Shown here in pieces: positions 18,079 to 26,233 of a stretch of DNA of 43,040 nt. A model generated the notes under the pieces. It was given only the letters and a program-made list of their open reading frames with translations. It had not been told where the DNA came from and ran no database searches. The stretch comes from a virus. Its lineage: Duplodnaviria > Caudoviricetes. The stretch is taken from the IMG/VR virus record IMGVR_UViG_3300037423_001974, positions 1-43,040 of that record; one strand, given 5' to 3'. Within the stretch, counting starts at the first letter, position 1, and the number at the start of each line of letters is the position of its first letter. The translations under genes were made by a program, and so were the position numbers.

Positions 18079-18573
18079 TCAGCCCTTGCAGGAGCCCGGC
18101 AGGTACTTCGGGTCGATGCCGTTGGCGGTAGCCGGGCCGCACCTGAAAGCGCCGACTTGAGTGCCGCCGATGCTCGCGGCGGTCAGGGGCGTGCCGCCGG
18201 ACGTCTCGGGCACGAGCTGGATGCTCTTGCCGGCAGCGGTGCCGAGATCAGTCAGGTTGGTCAGCAGCACGGTAATCACGCCGTCGGCGTTAGTGGTGAC
18301 CGTGGAGACGTATTTCGAAGACCCGCCGGCAGTCGTTTGCTCACAGCCCCAGCCGTTGATGCCGGGAGGCGTGCCGGGGTTGCCGGATTGATAGACCTCA
18401 GCGACCGCGGTGCGGCACTGGCTGGTGCCCAGGATGCCTTCCGACACCTTCGCCTTGATGGTGTAGGTCTGGTAGGCCGGCAGCGCAACAGCCGCCAGGA
18501 TGCCGATGATCGCCACGACGATCATCAGCTCGATCAGGGTGAAGCCCTTTTGCAGGGCGCGGGTCGTGCGCAT
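18079..18573 (-). CDS. pilA: Type IVa major pilin
   Basis: Class III signal QKG|[25 protein letters not shown] with Glu+5. C-terminal disulfide loop C...KYLPGSC. RBS AGGAG. Confidence 0.95.
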   Translation of the reverse strand: MRTTRALQKGFTLIELMIVVAIIGILAAVALPAYQTYTIKAKVSEGILGTSQCRTAVAEVYQSGNPGTPPGINGWGCEQTTAGGSSKYVSTVTTNADGVITVLLTNLTDLGTAAGKSIQLVPETSGGTPLTAASIGGTQVGAFRCGPATANGIDPKYLPGSCKG

Positions 18574-18619
18574 GAGGTGTATCTCCTAGAAAAGCCGCGG
18601 TGAATGGGCCGGCAGTATG

Positions 18620-18635
18620 TGCATGGCCTGTGCCA
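18620..18635 (-). promoter_or_regulatory. Sigma54 (RpoN) -24/-12 promoter of pilin
   Basis: Minus strand reads TGGCACAGGCCATGCA (GG-N10-GC), 46 nt upstream of the pilin ATG. Confidence 0.85.
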
Positions 18636-18672
18636 CCGCAACAACGTGAAAAACTCCCACCTTCACCGATGC

Positions 18673-18713
18673 ATGTGACACGTCGTGTCACATCGGGCGA
18701 CAAATCGCGTCGC
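18673..18713. promoter_or_regulatory. Two tandem palindromic enhancer boxes (putative PilR-type activator sites)
   Basis: Perfect inverted repeat ATGTGACACG-T-CGTGTCACAT (18673-18693) and GCGAC-N7-GTCGC (18697-18713), with the same GAC-N7-GTC geometry, upstream of the sigma54 promoter. Confidence 0.65.
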
Positions 18714-18737
18714 TAGACGACCCCTCGCGACTCCCCC

Positions 18738-18911
18738 TTACTCGGGGTGGTGGCCGTATTCCTTGCACACCTCGCCGGTGCGGTGGTCGGGCTTCTTGAT
18801 CGCGGCACACATGGCGCGCACGTCGGCCCGAGGGGCCTCGTAACCTTTGTAGATGCCGGCCAGCGTGCCGACGAACAGCGCGAAGGCGATGAGCAGGGCG
18901 GGGTAGGTCAT
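18738..18911 (-). CDS. 57-aa single-pass membrane microprotein
   Basis: MTYPALLIAFALFVGTLAGIYKGYEAPRADVRAMCAAIKKPDHRTGEVCKEYGHHPE*. RBS GGGAG, N-terminal TM, two Cys. Below the ORF-track cutoff. Confidence 0.7.
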   Translation of the reverse strand: MTYPALLIAFALFVGTLAGIYKGYEAPRADVRAMCAAIKKPDHRTGEVCKEYGHHPE

Positions 18912-18967
18912 AGATCATCTCCCTCGGGGCCGAGCTGGCTGGTGACGTGGGCGAGCAGGGAAGCTGA

Positions 18968-19262
18968 GCGTAGCCTCAGGCGTAGGTTCCAGCAAGCGCG
19001 CCCCTGTGTTCATGGGTGAAGGCACTGCTGCATCAAGGGCGTGTGATTCAAAATCGAGGCCACGCCAAGTGCCTGATTTGGCTCGTCTCGCAGCGCTAAG
19101 TCATTGTCGCGATTCAACTTCTTTCGATCCTTCGGCAATCTATGTTGCCGCAACCGCACGCATCCGCACCTTGCCGCACTCGCCTGTTTAGCGTAGCTTT
19201 CGGACCCTGCCGCCAGCGCAACCTACGCCATCGGCCAAAACTACTCGCAGGAAACCTACGCC
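18968..19262. other. attP region with integrase arm-type repeats
   Basis: Non-coding stretch upstream of the integrase with AACCTACGCC at 19220-19229 and 19253-19262, an inverted copy GGCGTAGGTT at 18979-18988 and variants at 18968 and 19191. IHF-like sites near 19066 and 19097. Confidence 0.7.
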
Positions 19263-20588
19263 GTGATCCGCTTCGACGCTCGTGAGGCGCGCGCCCTTAA
19301 ACCGGGCGAGCATATCGTTTTTGCCGAGGCGCCCGGGCTGCGTTTGCAGGCTTCGGAGACCCGGCGCGCGTGGATATACCGGTACAAGTCGCCGGTGAGC
19401 GGCGGTATGCGCCAGGTGAAGGTGGGCGAGTGGCCGGCCATGAGTGCGGCCGCAGCTGTGGTGCAGTGGGAGCAGCTGCGCCTGCAGCGCGACGCTGGCG
19501 AGGATGTGGCTGCGGTACGGCGTGAGGTGCGTCAGGCTGCCGTCCAACGACAGCTCGAGCGAAGGCAGGAGCGTCGGGCGGGGACTCTGACGGTGCGCAA
19601 CGTGCTGATGGACTACATCGAGGGCGACCTGCGGCACCGGGTGAAGCCGAAAACCTACGCCGAGGCCCTGCGCACCGCCAATACGATGCTGGCTGGCTTC
19701 GGTGAGCGCGGTGCGGCCACATTCACGCGTGGCGACGCCTTTGCGGCGATCGACCAGTTTCGCGGCACGCCGGTGCAGGCGGCGAAGCTCAAGCAGCTGC
19801 TGGGGGCTGCTTGGGATCGTGCGATCGATGCCGGCCGGCTATCCGATGAGGTCCCCAATTGGTGGCGCATCATCTTGCGTGGCAAGCTCACCAGCAGGGG
19901 CAAGCGGATCGCGGGCGAGCACATCGGCGCGGGAAAGCGCACCCTCACAGACGACGAGGTGGGCGACCTCCTGAACTGGCTCCCCAACTTCACTGCCTTG
20001 ATGCAGGACTCGCTCGAGCTCTACCTGTTCACCGGGGCGCGAGGGGCGGAGATCCTGGCGATGGAGCGCCATGAAATCGCCGAGGAGCGAGACGGGCTGT
20101 GGTGGACGGTGCCCAGGGAGAAGCTGAAGATGGAGCGAAGCCCTCTTGTTGTCGACCTGCGGGTGCCGTTGGTGGGGCGTGCCGAGCAGGTTGTCAGGCG
20201 CCGCATGCAGCGAGTGGCCGCCGGGTACTTGTTCCCGGCGGGCGGCAAGGCCACGGGGCACACGCTACAAAAGACGATCCAGGCCATCGTCTACGTTCAC
20301 CAGCCCTACAGCAACACAAGACCAGAATACGAACGGCCTCGACTGACGGTGACGCACTGGGCGCCGCACGACCTGCGACGGACCGTGCGCACTGGCCTTG
20401 CGGCGATCGGATGCCCGCATGAGGTGGCAGAGGCCATCCTGGGGCACGTGCAGCAGGGGGTGGCAGGCGTCTACAACCGCCACAGCTACGACAAGGAGCG
20501 CCGCCAATGGCTGACGAAGCTGGCGGCTCACTGGGAGCGCCAGGCGCAACGGCGCCGGCGATCGACAGAAACCAAGTCAGGCGCTTGA
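19263..20588 (+). CDS. int: Tyrosine recombinase/integrase with N-terminal arm-binding (DUF4102-type) domain
   Basis: GLRL...W.YRY arm domain, TGARGAE, HDLRRT and LGH...GV..VYNR..Y catalytic motifs. Confidence 0.95.
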   Translation: MIRFDAREARALKPGEHIVFAEAPGLRLQASETRRAWIYRYKSPVSGGMRQVKVGEWPAMSAAAAVVQWEQLRLQRDAGEDVAAVRREVRQAAVQRQLERRQERRAGTLTVRNVLMDYIEGDLRHRVKPKTYAEALRTANTMLAGFGERGAATFTRGDAFAAIDQFRGTPVQAAKLKQLLGAAWDRAIDAGRLSDEVPNWWRIILRGKLTSRGKRIAGEHIGAGKRTLTDDEVGDLLNWLPNFTALMQDSLELYLFTGARGAEILAMERHEIAEERDGLWWTVPREKLKMERSPLVVDLRVPLVGRAEQVVRRRMQRVAAGYLFPAGGKATGHTLQKTIQAIVYVHQPYSNTRPEYERPRLTVTHWAPHDLRRTVRTGLAAIGCPHEVAEAILGHVQQGVAGVYNRHSYDKERRQWLTKLAAHWERQAQRRRRSTETKSGA

Positions 20589-20645
20589 CGCTTCCCCTAC
20601 ATCGAGGGGTGGGCGAGCCGTGCCCGCGCGGGTACGTTCGGCTCC

Positions 20646-21158
20646 ATGGCCAAGACCACTACCAGCAACGACGTGCAGCTGAAGCACGTCATCAAGGCTG
20701 CGGCGCAGTTTCTGCAGGCTGCTCGGCTTCTTGAGCACCGGGAAGGCGACGACAGGCCGCCGCGCTGGGGAGCGCCCTGTTCGGCCAATTACGCGCTGGC
20801 TGCCGAGCTTGCGCTGAAGGCTTTGCTGCTGCGCGAGCTGGGCTCCTTCCCGCATACCCACGACCTTTGGGACCTTTGGAATTTCGTGCCTCCGGATTGG
20901 AGGGCCAAGATCATTGCGAAAGTCGAGACCTCCGGCATGTATCGCTGGGAGTTCACGCGCGATCTTGAGTCCGCAAGGGAAGACTTTCCCAAGTGGCGGT
21001 ACTACTTCGACACGCTGGGCGTGGATCCCGACTCCTATATCGTCGGTCACGAGGGTGTTCTGCGGCGGTGCGCGTTCTCGACGCTCTATGTCATGGGTTA
21101 TGCCATGCCTGATGCGCTAGAGGAACTGAAACCTCTGGCACAGGCTCCGCGGCCATAG
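20646..21158 (+). CDS. HEPN domain protein (orphan)
   Basis: AAELALKALL...P.THDL..L and WRY motifs typical of HEPN proteins; atypical codon usage. Confidence 0.7.
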   Translation: MAKTTTSNDVQLKHVIKAAAQFLQAARLLEHREGDDRPPRWGAPCSANYALAAELALKALLLRELGSFPHTHDLWDLWNFVPPDWRAKIIAKVETSGMYRWEFTRDLESAREDFPKWRYYFDTLGVDPDSYIVGHEGVLRRCAFSTLYVMGYAMPDALEELKPLAQAPRP

Positions 21159-21178
21159 CGGAGCCTGATTGGCCGCCT

Positions 21179-21460
21179 TCACGCGGCCCGGCGCCCTGTA
21201 TTGCGCGGCGGCAACACCTGCGACGCCGGCAGGCCGGCCGCGAACTCCTCGAGGTCACGCACGCGCCAGCCGACGCGGTTGGCGCTCAGCTGGCGCGGCT
21301 GCGGCGCGACGCCGGTGCGCACCAGCTCCTCGAGCGTGCGCTCCGACACCGACAGCATGGCCGCGGCAGTGGCGCGGTCGACGATGAGCGGCTGCACCGG
21401 CAGCGCGGCCGCGGCACGGGCGCGCGAGCGGCGCTGGGGCTTGTCGATGACCTCGTTCAT
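21179..21460 (-). CDS. AlpA-family excisionase/regulator
   Basis: AAAMLSVSERTL...G..PQPRQLS..RVGWRV.DL; last gene of the leftward operon, converging on int. Confidence 0.85.
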   Translation of the reverse strand: MNEVIDKPQRRSRARAAAALPVQPLIVDRATAAAMLSVSERTLEELVRTGVAPQPRQLSANRVGWRVRDLEEFAAGLPASQVLPPRNTGRRAA

Positions 21461-21990
21461 GCCGCGGCCGCCTCCTCGCCGGCGGTGGCCACGGCCACCT
21501 GCACCACGTTGCCCTCGGCCATGCGGCGCTTGATTTCGGCCAGCGCCTGCACCATCACGCCCTGGGTGCACAGCTCGGACTCCAGCTGCGCGTCGTGCAG
21601 GTCCAGCAGCGCGCGCAGCGTCTGCAGCTCGCCGCCCGTGAGCACGTAGCGGCCACGCAGCTGCTGCGCGCGTGCCTCCAGCGCCACCAGCGCCACCTGC
21701 GCATCCTTGACCTTGTCGCACCAGTCGGCGCCGATGCCGGCATCGGCCAGCACCAGCGCCACGTTGCAGGCCAGGGCCAGCGTGTTGACGTCGTCCCAGC
21801 AGCCGGCGCCGCGCCGGATGGCGTCCAGCGCCGAGTGGTAGCCGATCGCCAGGTCGCGCACCTGCGCCGCGTCCATGGGCGTGGTGCTCTGGCGCACCGC
21901 CACGCGGTGGATGGCGCGGTGGCCGGCCAGCGCGTCGACGTGCACGCGCTTCATCGAGTAGGCCTTGCGGGGCCGCTTGTTGCCGGGCAT
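21457..21990 (-). CDS. Hypothetical phage protein
   Basis: Starts MPGNKRPRKAY; helical; translationally coupled to neighbours. Confidence 0.75.
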   Translation of the reverse strand: MPGNKRPRKAYSMKRVHVDALAGHRAIHRVAVRQSTTPMDAAQVRDLAIGYHSALDAIRRGAGCWDDVNTLALACNVALVLADAGIGADWCDKVKDAQVALVALEARAQQLRGRYVLTGGELQTLRALLDLHDAQLESELCTQGVMVQALAEIKRRMAEGNVVQVAVATAGEEAAAA

Positions 21991-21991
21991 G

Positions 21992-22687
21992 TCAGCGGCC
22001 CTCCGTTCGTGCGGCGCGGGAGGCGTCGTCTCGCCGTGCGATGTGCCAATCGATGCCCTCGCGGACGGAGTTGACGTTGCGAGCTGCTTCAGGCTCGTCA
22101 CCGACGCCCTCCAGCGTGACGTGAACGCCACCGTCCATCTCGAAGCACATGGTCACGCAGCCGTTCTCGGCCATCACTTGCAGCCAGTCCAGCCGCGCCG
22201 CATCCTCCCCCTGCTCGGGAGGGGTGGTGATGGCAGCGAGAAGGCGCGCGCAATCGGCCGCTGTGAGAACGGCGCACTCGACCTTCTCGGATCGACTGGT
22301 GCCAGGGACGCGGAAGGCGAACTTGTCGCGGCGACCGTACCAGCCCACCCGTTCCAGTGCGTCGCGCTCCGTCAGCGCCCCCACTGCGGGCTGTGGACGG
22401 CCAGCCGTGTGTGGGCGGCGGCGGTTCAGCAGGTCAGCAATGCGGTGGAAGTCATCGTCGAACACCCGCACTGCATTGCCAAGGTAGCCGGCTGACTCGT
22501 CCGGGTCTTCAAAGCAGGGCGTGCCGTTCTCGTATGCGTCGAACATCATCGCTAGCATGTCGAGCGCCAGTTTCTCGTCGGCCGGCTCGGCCTGGGGCGC
22601 CTCCACCTGAGAGGCGATGGCGCGGTAGCCGCAGCGCCAGCAGCCAGCGACCTTGCCCCATGCGCATTCGTGGCATCCACTCATCAT
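21992..22687 (-). CDS. Hypothetical phage protein (N-terminal CxxC..CxxC, DAARLDWL motif)
   Basis: Start overlaps the upstream stop; mosaic Ead/Ea22-like module motif. Confidence 0.65.
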   Translation of the reverse strand: MMSGCHECAWGKVAGCWRCGYRAIASQVEAPQAEPADEKLALDMLAMMFDAYENGTPCFEDPDESAGYLGNAVRVFDDDFHRIADLLNRRRPHTAGRPQPAVGALTERDALERVGWYGRRDKFAFRVPGTSRSEKVECAVLTAADCARLLAAITTPPEQGEDAARLDWLQVMAENGCVTMCFEMDGGVHVTLEGVGDEPEAARNVNSVREGIDWHIARRDDASRAARTEGR

Positions 22688-23076
22688 GCGTACTCCCAGT
22701 CCCGCCGCTTGGCGCCACGGTATACGGGCTGCGGCTCGTACGGTGGTTGCACGAGCACCCCGGCAATGATTCGCCGCCAGTTCGTGGCGTTGTTCAGCAC
22801 CACCGGGCCAGCGTCGTTGTCGATGTCGCCTGGGCGCGGGCAGACCGCCATGGACTCGATCACTTCGCACGGCACGGCGATGTTGGCGGTGCCGGTGTTG
22901 TAGTAGTGCAGCGACCTGCGCACGCGCTCCTCCGGGTACCGTCCAGCCCAAGACAGAGGGAATGCGTAGCCTTTGTCGTCAGGGCGCCAGAACGTGATGT
23001 ATCGATGGCTGCGCTGCAGGTGGCTGAGGTTGACGATGAAGCAGTCGATGGGCTTGGGCTTGTCGGCGTCGGTCAT
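22684..23076 (-). CDS. Hypothetical phage protein
   Basis: 130 aa with ITFWRPDDKGY..PL.WAGRY; RBS upstream. Confidence 0.75.
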   Translation of the reverse strand: MTDADKPKPIDCFIVNLSHLQRSHRYITFWRPDDKGYAFPLSWAGRYPEERVRRSLHYYNTGTANIAVPCEVIESMAVCPRPGDIDNDAGPVVLNNATNWRRIIAGVLVQPPYEPQPVYRGAKRRDWEYA

Positions 23077-23091
23077 GGTCTTGCGCCCCTG

Positions 23092-23355
23092 TCAATCGAG
23101 TCCGGTTTCGGGCGGCGCATCGCGGAAGATGCGCGCGATCTGCTCGAACGCGCGCGCCATCGCCTCGCGGCGCTCCTGAGACTTCGGCAGCCAGAAGGTG
23201 ACGGCGCTGCGGTCGTCGTCCTGCGGCGGGTGGTGCAGCCGCGGCGACGAGTGCAAGATGAGCTGCGCGGCGTGATGGGTCACGCCGGTGTTGCTGGGCT
23301 TTTCCACCAGGATCACCTCGTCGGTGAGTTCCTGGCTGTAGACGTTGATCCTCAT
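23092..23355 (-). CDS. Hypothetical phage protein
   Basis: MRINVYSQELT...DDDRSAVTFWLP, 87 aa. Confidence 0.75.
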   Translation of the reverse strand: MRINVYSQELTDEVILVEKPSNTGVTHHAAQLILHSSPRLHHPPQDDDRSAVTFWLPKSQERREAMARAFEQIARIFRDAPPETGLD

Positions 23356-23419
23356 GGCGTAGCTTTCAGCGTCGAGTGGGCGTGGGTGAAGGGGCTGGGG
23401 CGGCTCGTGCAGGCGTTGC

Positions 23420-24148
23420 TCACAACGTGGCGCCTGCGCGCTCGCGGCGCTCGGGCTCGCACGCGACATCGAGCGACTGCGGCTTGACCTCGCGGTGCGT
23501 CATGCCGCGCGCGGCGCGGGCGCGGTCGCGCACCTCGGGCGGCACGGCGTGGCCCAGCTCCTCGGGGTTGAGCAGGTCGTCGGCGAGCTGGCGCAGCGCG
23601 GCGTGCTCGGCGCTGGTGAGGGCGGCGGTGACGGCGTCGTCGCGGTGCAGCCAGACCATCGGTGCCCAGGCGTCCGCGGGTTGGCCGATGGCCTCGGCGA
23701 AGCCCGCGCCGCTGGCGCCGGCTAAGTCGACCGGGTCGACCGGGTCGGCCTCGGTGTCCAGCCACGGGCGCGCGGCGGCGGCGGCTTCTCGGCTCGGCGT
23801 CAGCGGCTCGGCGAAGGCAGCGGCGACGCGCTCCTCGCCCTCGCGCGGCGAGCACACGCGCAGGCGCCAGCGCAGGTGCAGCCAGTCGCTGCGCAGCAGG
23901 CGCACCAGCCAGGGGTGCGCGGCCATGCTGGCCAGGATGCCGAAGGGGCCGCCGAGCAGGTAGGCGGCAATCTCCAGCGCCCCGGTGGGCCCGGGCAGCA
24001 CCTTGAACAGCACCAGGTTGGCCCCGCCGATGACGAACGAGGTGGCGAAGGCCATCGCGCGGTGGCCGCCGTTGACGTTGAGGCTCTGCAGGCCGAGCGC
24101 GAACACGACGCCGAAGGTGGCGACGAACAGCAGGAACGCATCGCTCAT
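23420..24148 (-). CDS. Hypothetical membrane protein (3 N-terminal TMs)
   Basis: MSDAFLLFVATFGVVFALGLQSLNV...; RBS GGAG; hydrophobic N-terminal half. Confidence 0.7.
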   Translation of the reverse strand: MSDAFLLFVATFGVVFALGLQSLNVNGGHRAMAFATSFVIGGANLVLFKVLPGPTGALEIAAYLLGGPFGILASMAAHPWLVRLLRSDWLHLRWRLRVCSPREGEERVAAAFAEPLTPSREAAAAARPWLDTEADPVDPVDLAGASGAGFAEAIGQPADAWAPMVWLHRDDAVTAALTSAEHAALRQLADDLLNPEELGHAVPPEVRDRARAARGMTHREVKPQSLDVACEPERRERAGATL

Positions 24149-24153
24149 GGTGG

Positions 24154-24525
24154 TTACTCCCCGGTTCTGGTGGTGGTGGTGACCTGGATGCCGCGGTACG
24201 CGGCCGCGACGACCCGACGCAACAGGCGCCGCCGGTTGACGCCCGGCAGGCGCGCCATGACGGGTGTGGCGGCCAGCAGCGGATTCACCCACCAGGCCAG
24301 GCGCGCCTGGAGGGTGATGGTGGCCAGCCGCGCCGGCGGTGTGGTGCACAGCTGCGCGATCGCCAGCTGGATGTGGCAGCGCTCGATGGCGTCGGTGAGC
24401 TGCCGCTCGAGCGCGGCGTCATCCTGCGACGGCACGCGCGACAGGACACCCAGCAGATCGCTGCAGGCCTCGGTGAGCGGCACCACCGAGTCGCCGCAGG
24501 CCGGGCAGGTGGCGGTGGTGCTCAT
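24154..24525 (-). CDS. Hypothetical protein (N-terminal CPAC)
   Basis: Start overlaps the upstream stop. Confidence 0.6.
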   Translation of the reverse strand: MSTTATCPACGDSVVPLTEACSDLLGVLSRVPSQDDAALERQLTDAIERCHIQLAIAQLCTTPPARLATITLQARLAWWVNPLLAATPVMARLPGVNRRRLLRRVVAAAYRGIQVTTTTRTGE

Positions 24526-25277
24526 GCGGCGACGGCGTCGGTCTCGGCCTTCTGCGGCGCGGCCTCCGGCTGCTCCGGCTGCTTGGGCAGCGGCACGTCG
24601 CGCCATGCCTTCTGCCACCCGGCGTCTTCGTTCGCCTCCGCGCGGATGGGCATGACCAGAAGCAGCACGTTGTCGTGGCCGCAGAGGTTCACCGCCATCG
24701 CGCTGTCGGGGGCGGCCTGCCACACGCGCAGCGGCTGCGCGCCGTATCGGTTGACGTGGACGGCGGCCATCGCCCGCTGCATGAAGGCGTGGTTGTAGGT
24801 GTTGACCGCGCCCGGCTTGAGGTTGGGCCAGCTCGGCAGCACACGTCGCCAGTCAGGGAACTGCATGCCGCACGCGCCTGGGCGCTCGGGCGGCACTTCC
24901 TTGATGGTGGCATCGCGCAGTTGCAGCGCGATTGGCTGGCCGTCGGCATCGGTCACCGTGAGTGCGTCGCGGTCGTCGAAGCGCACCAGCTGCAGCTGGG
25001 CGCGCTCCCGGTCGCCCTTGGTGCCCAGCTTCGGCAGCAGCGCGGCCATGCGTGCATCGGGCTGGAGCAATGCGCGTTCGCTGCAGGTCGCCTGTTCGTC
25101 GATGATGGCGATGAGCGCGCGGCCGTCGGTGGCGACGATGAAGGCGCCGCCCTCGGTGCGCGGCTCGACCAGCAGCCCGCGCAGGTAGAAGCGGATGTCG
25201 TGCTTGGCGGCGTTGGTGAGCGCCAGGCGCGCGTAGGCGGCGCGGATCGCCACGCGCGGCGTCAGCGAGGTGGTCAT
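24522..25277 (-). CDS. DNA polymerase III beta-clamp-like protein
   Basis: DIRFYLRG, VATDG, FPDWRRVLP and LVMP.R motifs of sliding-clamp domains; 251 aa. Confidence 0.75.
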   Translation of the reverse strand: MTTSLTPRVAIRAAYARLALTNAAKHDIRFYLRGLLVEPRTEGGAFIVATDGRALIAIIDEQATCSERALLQPDARMAALLPKLGTKGDRERAQLQLVRFDDRDALTVTDADGQPIALQLRDATIKEVPPERPGACGMQFPDWRRVLPSWPNLKPGAVNTYNHAFMQRAMAAVHVNRYGAQPLRVWQAAPDSAMAVNLCGHDNVLLLVMPIRAEANEDAGWQKAWRDVPLPKQPEQPEAAPQKAETDAVAA

Positions 25278-25615
25278 GTGGTTTCCCTTTCCTGGGGTTC
25301 GCAAACGGGTGCGGGGATGTCCGCCTGCGTCACGTCGGTGACCTTGACCAGCGTCAGCCGGCCGCGGACGGCGTCGATGCGAAAGGCCTTCGCCACCACG
25401 GTGACGCGAGCGCCCTTCTTCAGGCGTCGTGCCGCGCGCACGCTGCCCTGGTTGACGGCGAAGTCGCCGGCGCCGTAGCGCCAGTCGGCCTCGATGTCGC
25501 TGGCCTGGTCGTCGTCCAACGTCAGCGTCAGGTGCAACCACGCCACGCCGCCGCCGGCCTCGATGGTGCGGCGGGCGTTGCGAGTGAGCGTGCCGTAGAC
25601 GCGGATCTGGCCCAT
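25274..25615 (-). CDS. OB-fold, single-stranded DNA-binding-like protein
   Basis: I.V.G.L..NA..R...L.KGA.V.V pattern. Confidence 0.55.
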   Translation of the reverse strand: MGQIRVYGTLTRNARRTIEAGGGVAWLHLTLTLDDDQASDIEADWRYGAGDFAVNQGSVRAARRLKKGARVTVVAKAFRIDAVRGRLTLVKVTDVTQADIPAPVCEPQERETT

Positions 25616-25625
25616 GGCGCGGCAG

Positions 25626-25892
25626 TCAGTGCGCGAGCGCGAGCACGGCGTACTCGATGACCGGCCAGCTGGCGCTCACGAAGGCCGCGGCGCTGGCGAC
25701 CGCCACCACGGCGGTGAGCACGCTGATGAGGCGGCTTTCGGCGCGCACGCGCTCGGCCAGCTCGTCGTCGCTCAGCAGCTCGGTGGCGGCCTCGGCCGGC
25801 ATCGGGGCGCAGGCCCCGCAGTCGCAGGCCTGGCGGCCGCCGTGGCAGGTGCCGCCGCAGCGCGGCAGTTCGTCGAAGCAGAGCATCGCCAT
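25626..25892 (-). CDS. Hypothetical Cys-rich protein with C-terminal TM
   Basis: C.G.C..GR..C.C motif; RBS GAGGGGAG. Confidence 0.65.
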   Translation of the reverse strand: MAMLCFDELPRCGGTCHGGRQACDCGACAPMPAEAATELLSDDELAERVRAESRLISVLTAVVAVASAAAFVSASWPVIEYAVLALAH

Positions 25893-25894
25893 AG

Positions 25895-26116
25895 TCAGGC
25901 TCCCCTCGATCGGCGCAGCCACGTGACCGGCGCCGGCACCGGCTCATCGGTGGGCTTCTGCGCGGTCGGCGCCTCGGTGGTGGTGGTCTTGGCCTGCTCG
26001 GCGCGCGCCCGCTTGAAGGTGGCGCGGATGTCGGTGGCGGCGGCCGGCCGGTAGGCGAGGCGGCGGCGCTTGTCGGGGTCGCACAGCAGGCGGCTGGGAA
26101 CGGTGGGGTGGCGCAT
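25895..26116 (-). CDS. Hypothetical phage protein
   Basis: YRPAAATDIRATF.RAR motif; RBS GGAG. Confidence 0.7.
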   Translation of the reverse strand: MRHPTVPSRLLCDPDKRRRLAYRPAAATDIRATFKRARAEQAKTTTTEAPTAQKPTDEPVPAPVTWLRRSRGA

Positions 26117-26137
26117 TGTTGCTCCGGGGGGAGGGAT

Positions 26138-26233
26138 TCAGCCGAACACGGCGACGGCCACACGCATGGCGAACACGCATGCGGCGACCACGACCAGCAC
26201 GACGGCGAAGGGCGGCGAGGGGCGGTACTTCAC
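26138..26233 (-). CDS. 31-aa hydrophobic peptide
   Basis: GTG start overlaps the upstream stop (GTGA) with RBS GGGAG; MKYRPSPPFAVVLVVVAACVFAMRVAVAVFG*. Confidence 0.55.
   Translation of the reverse strand: MKYRPSPPFAVVLVVVAACVFAMRVAVAVFG

Noticed and set aside
18688-18918. 76-aa ORF from the track (MIYDLPRP...)
   Set aside because: It runs over the enhancer boxes and is Arg-rich junk. The alternative frame 18738-18911 has better RBS spacing, codon usage and a TM helix.
19045-19056. GATTCAAAATC resembling a tRNA-Leu(CAA) anticodon arm
   Set aside because: No D-arm, T-arm (GTTCGA) or acceptor stem around it, so it is not a tRNA gene. It remains only a weak att-core candidate.
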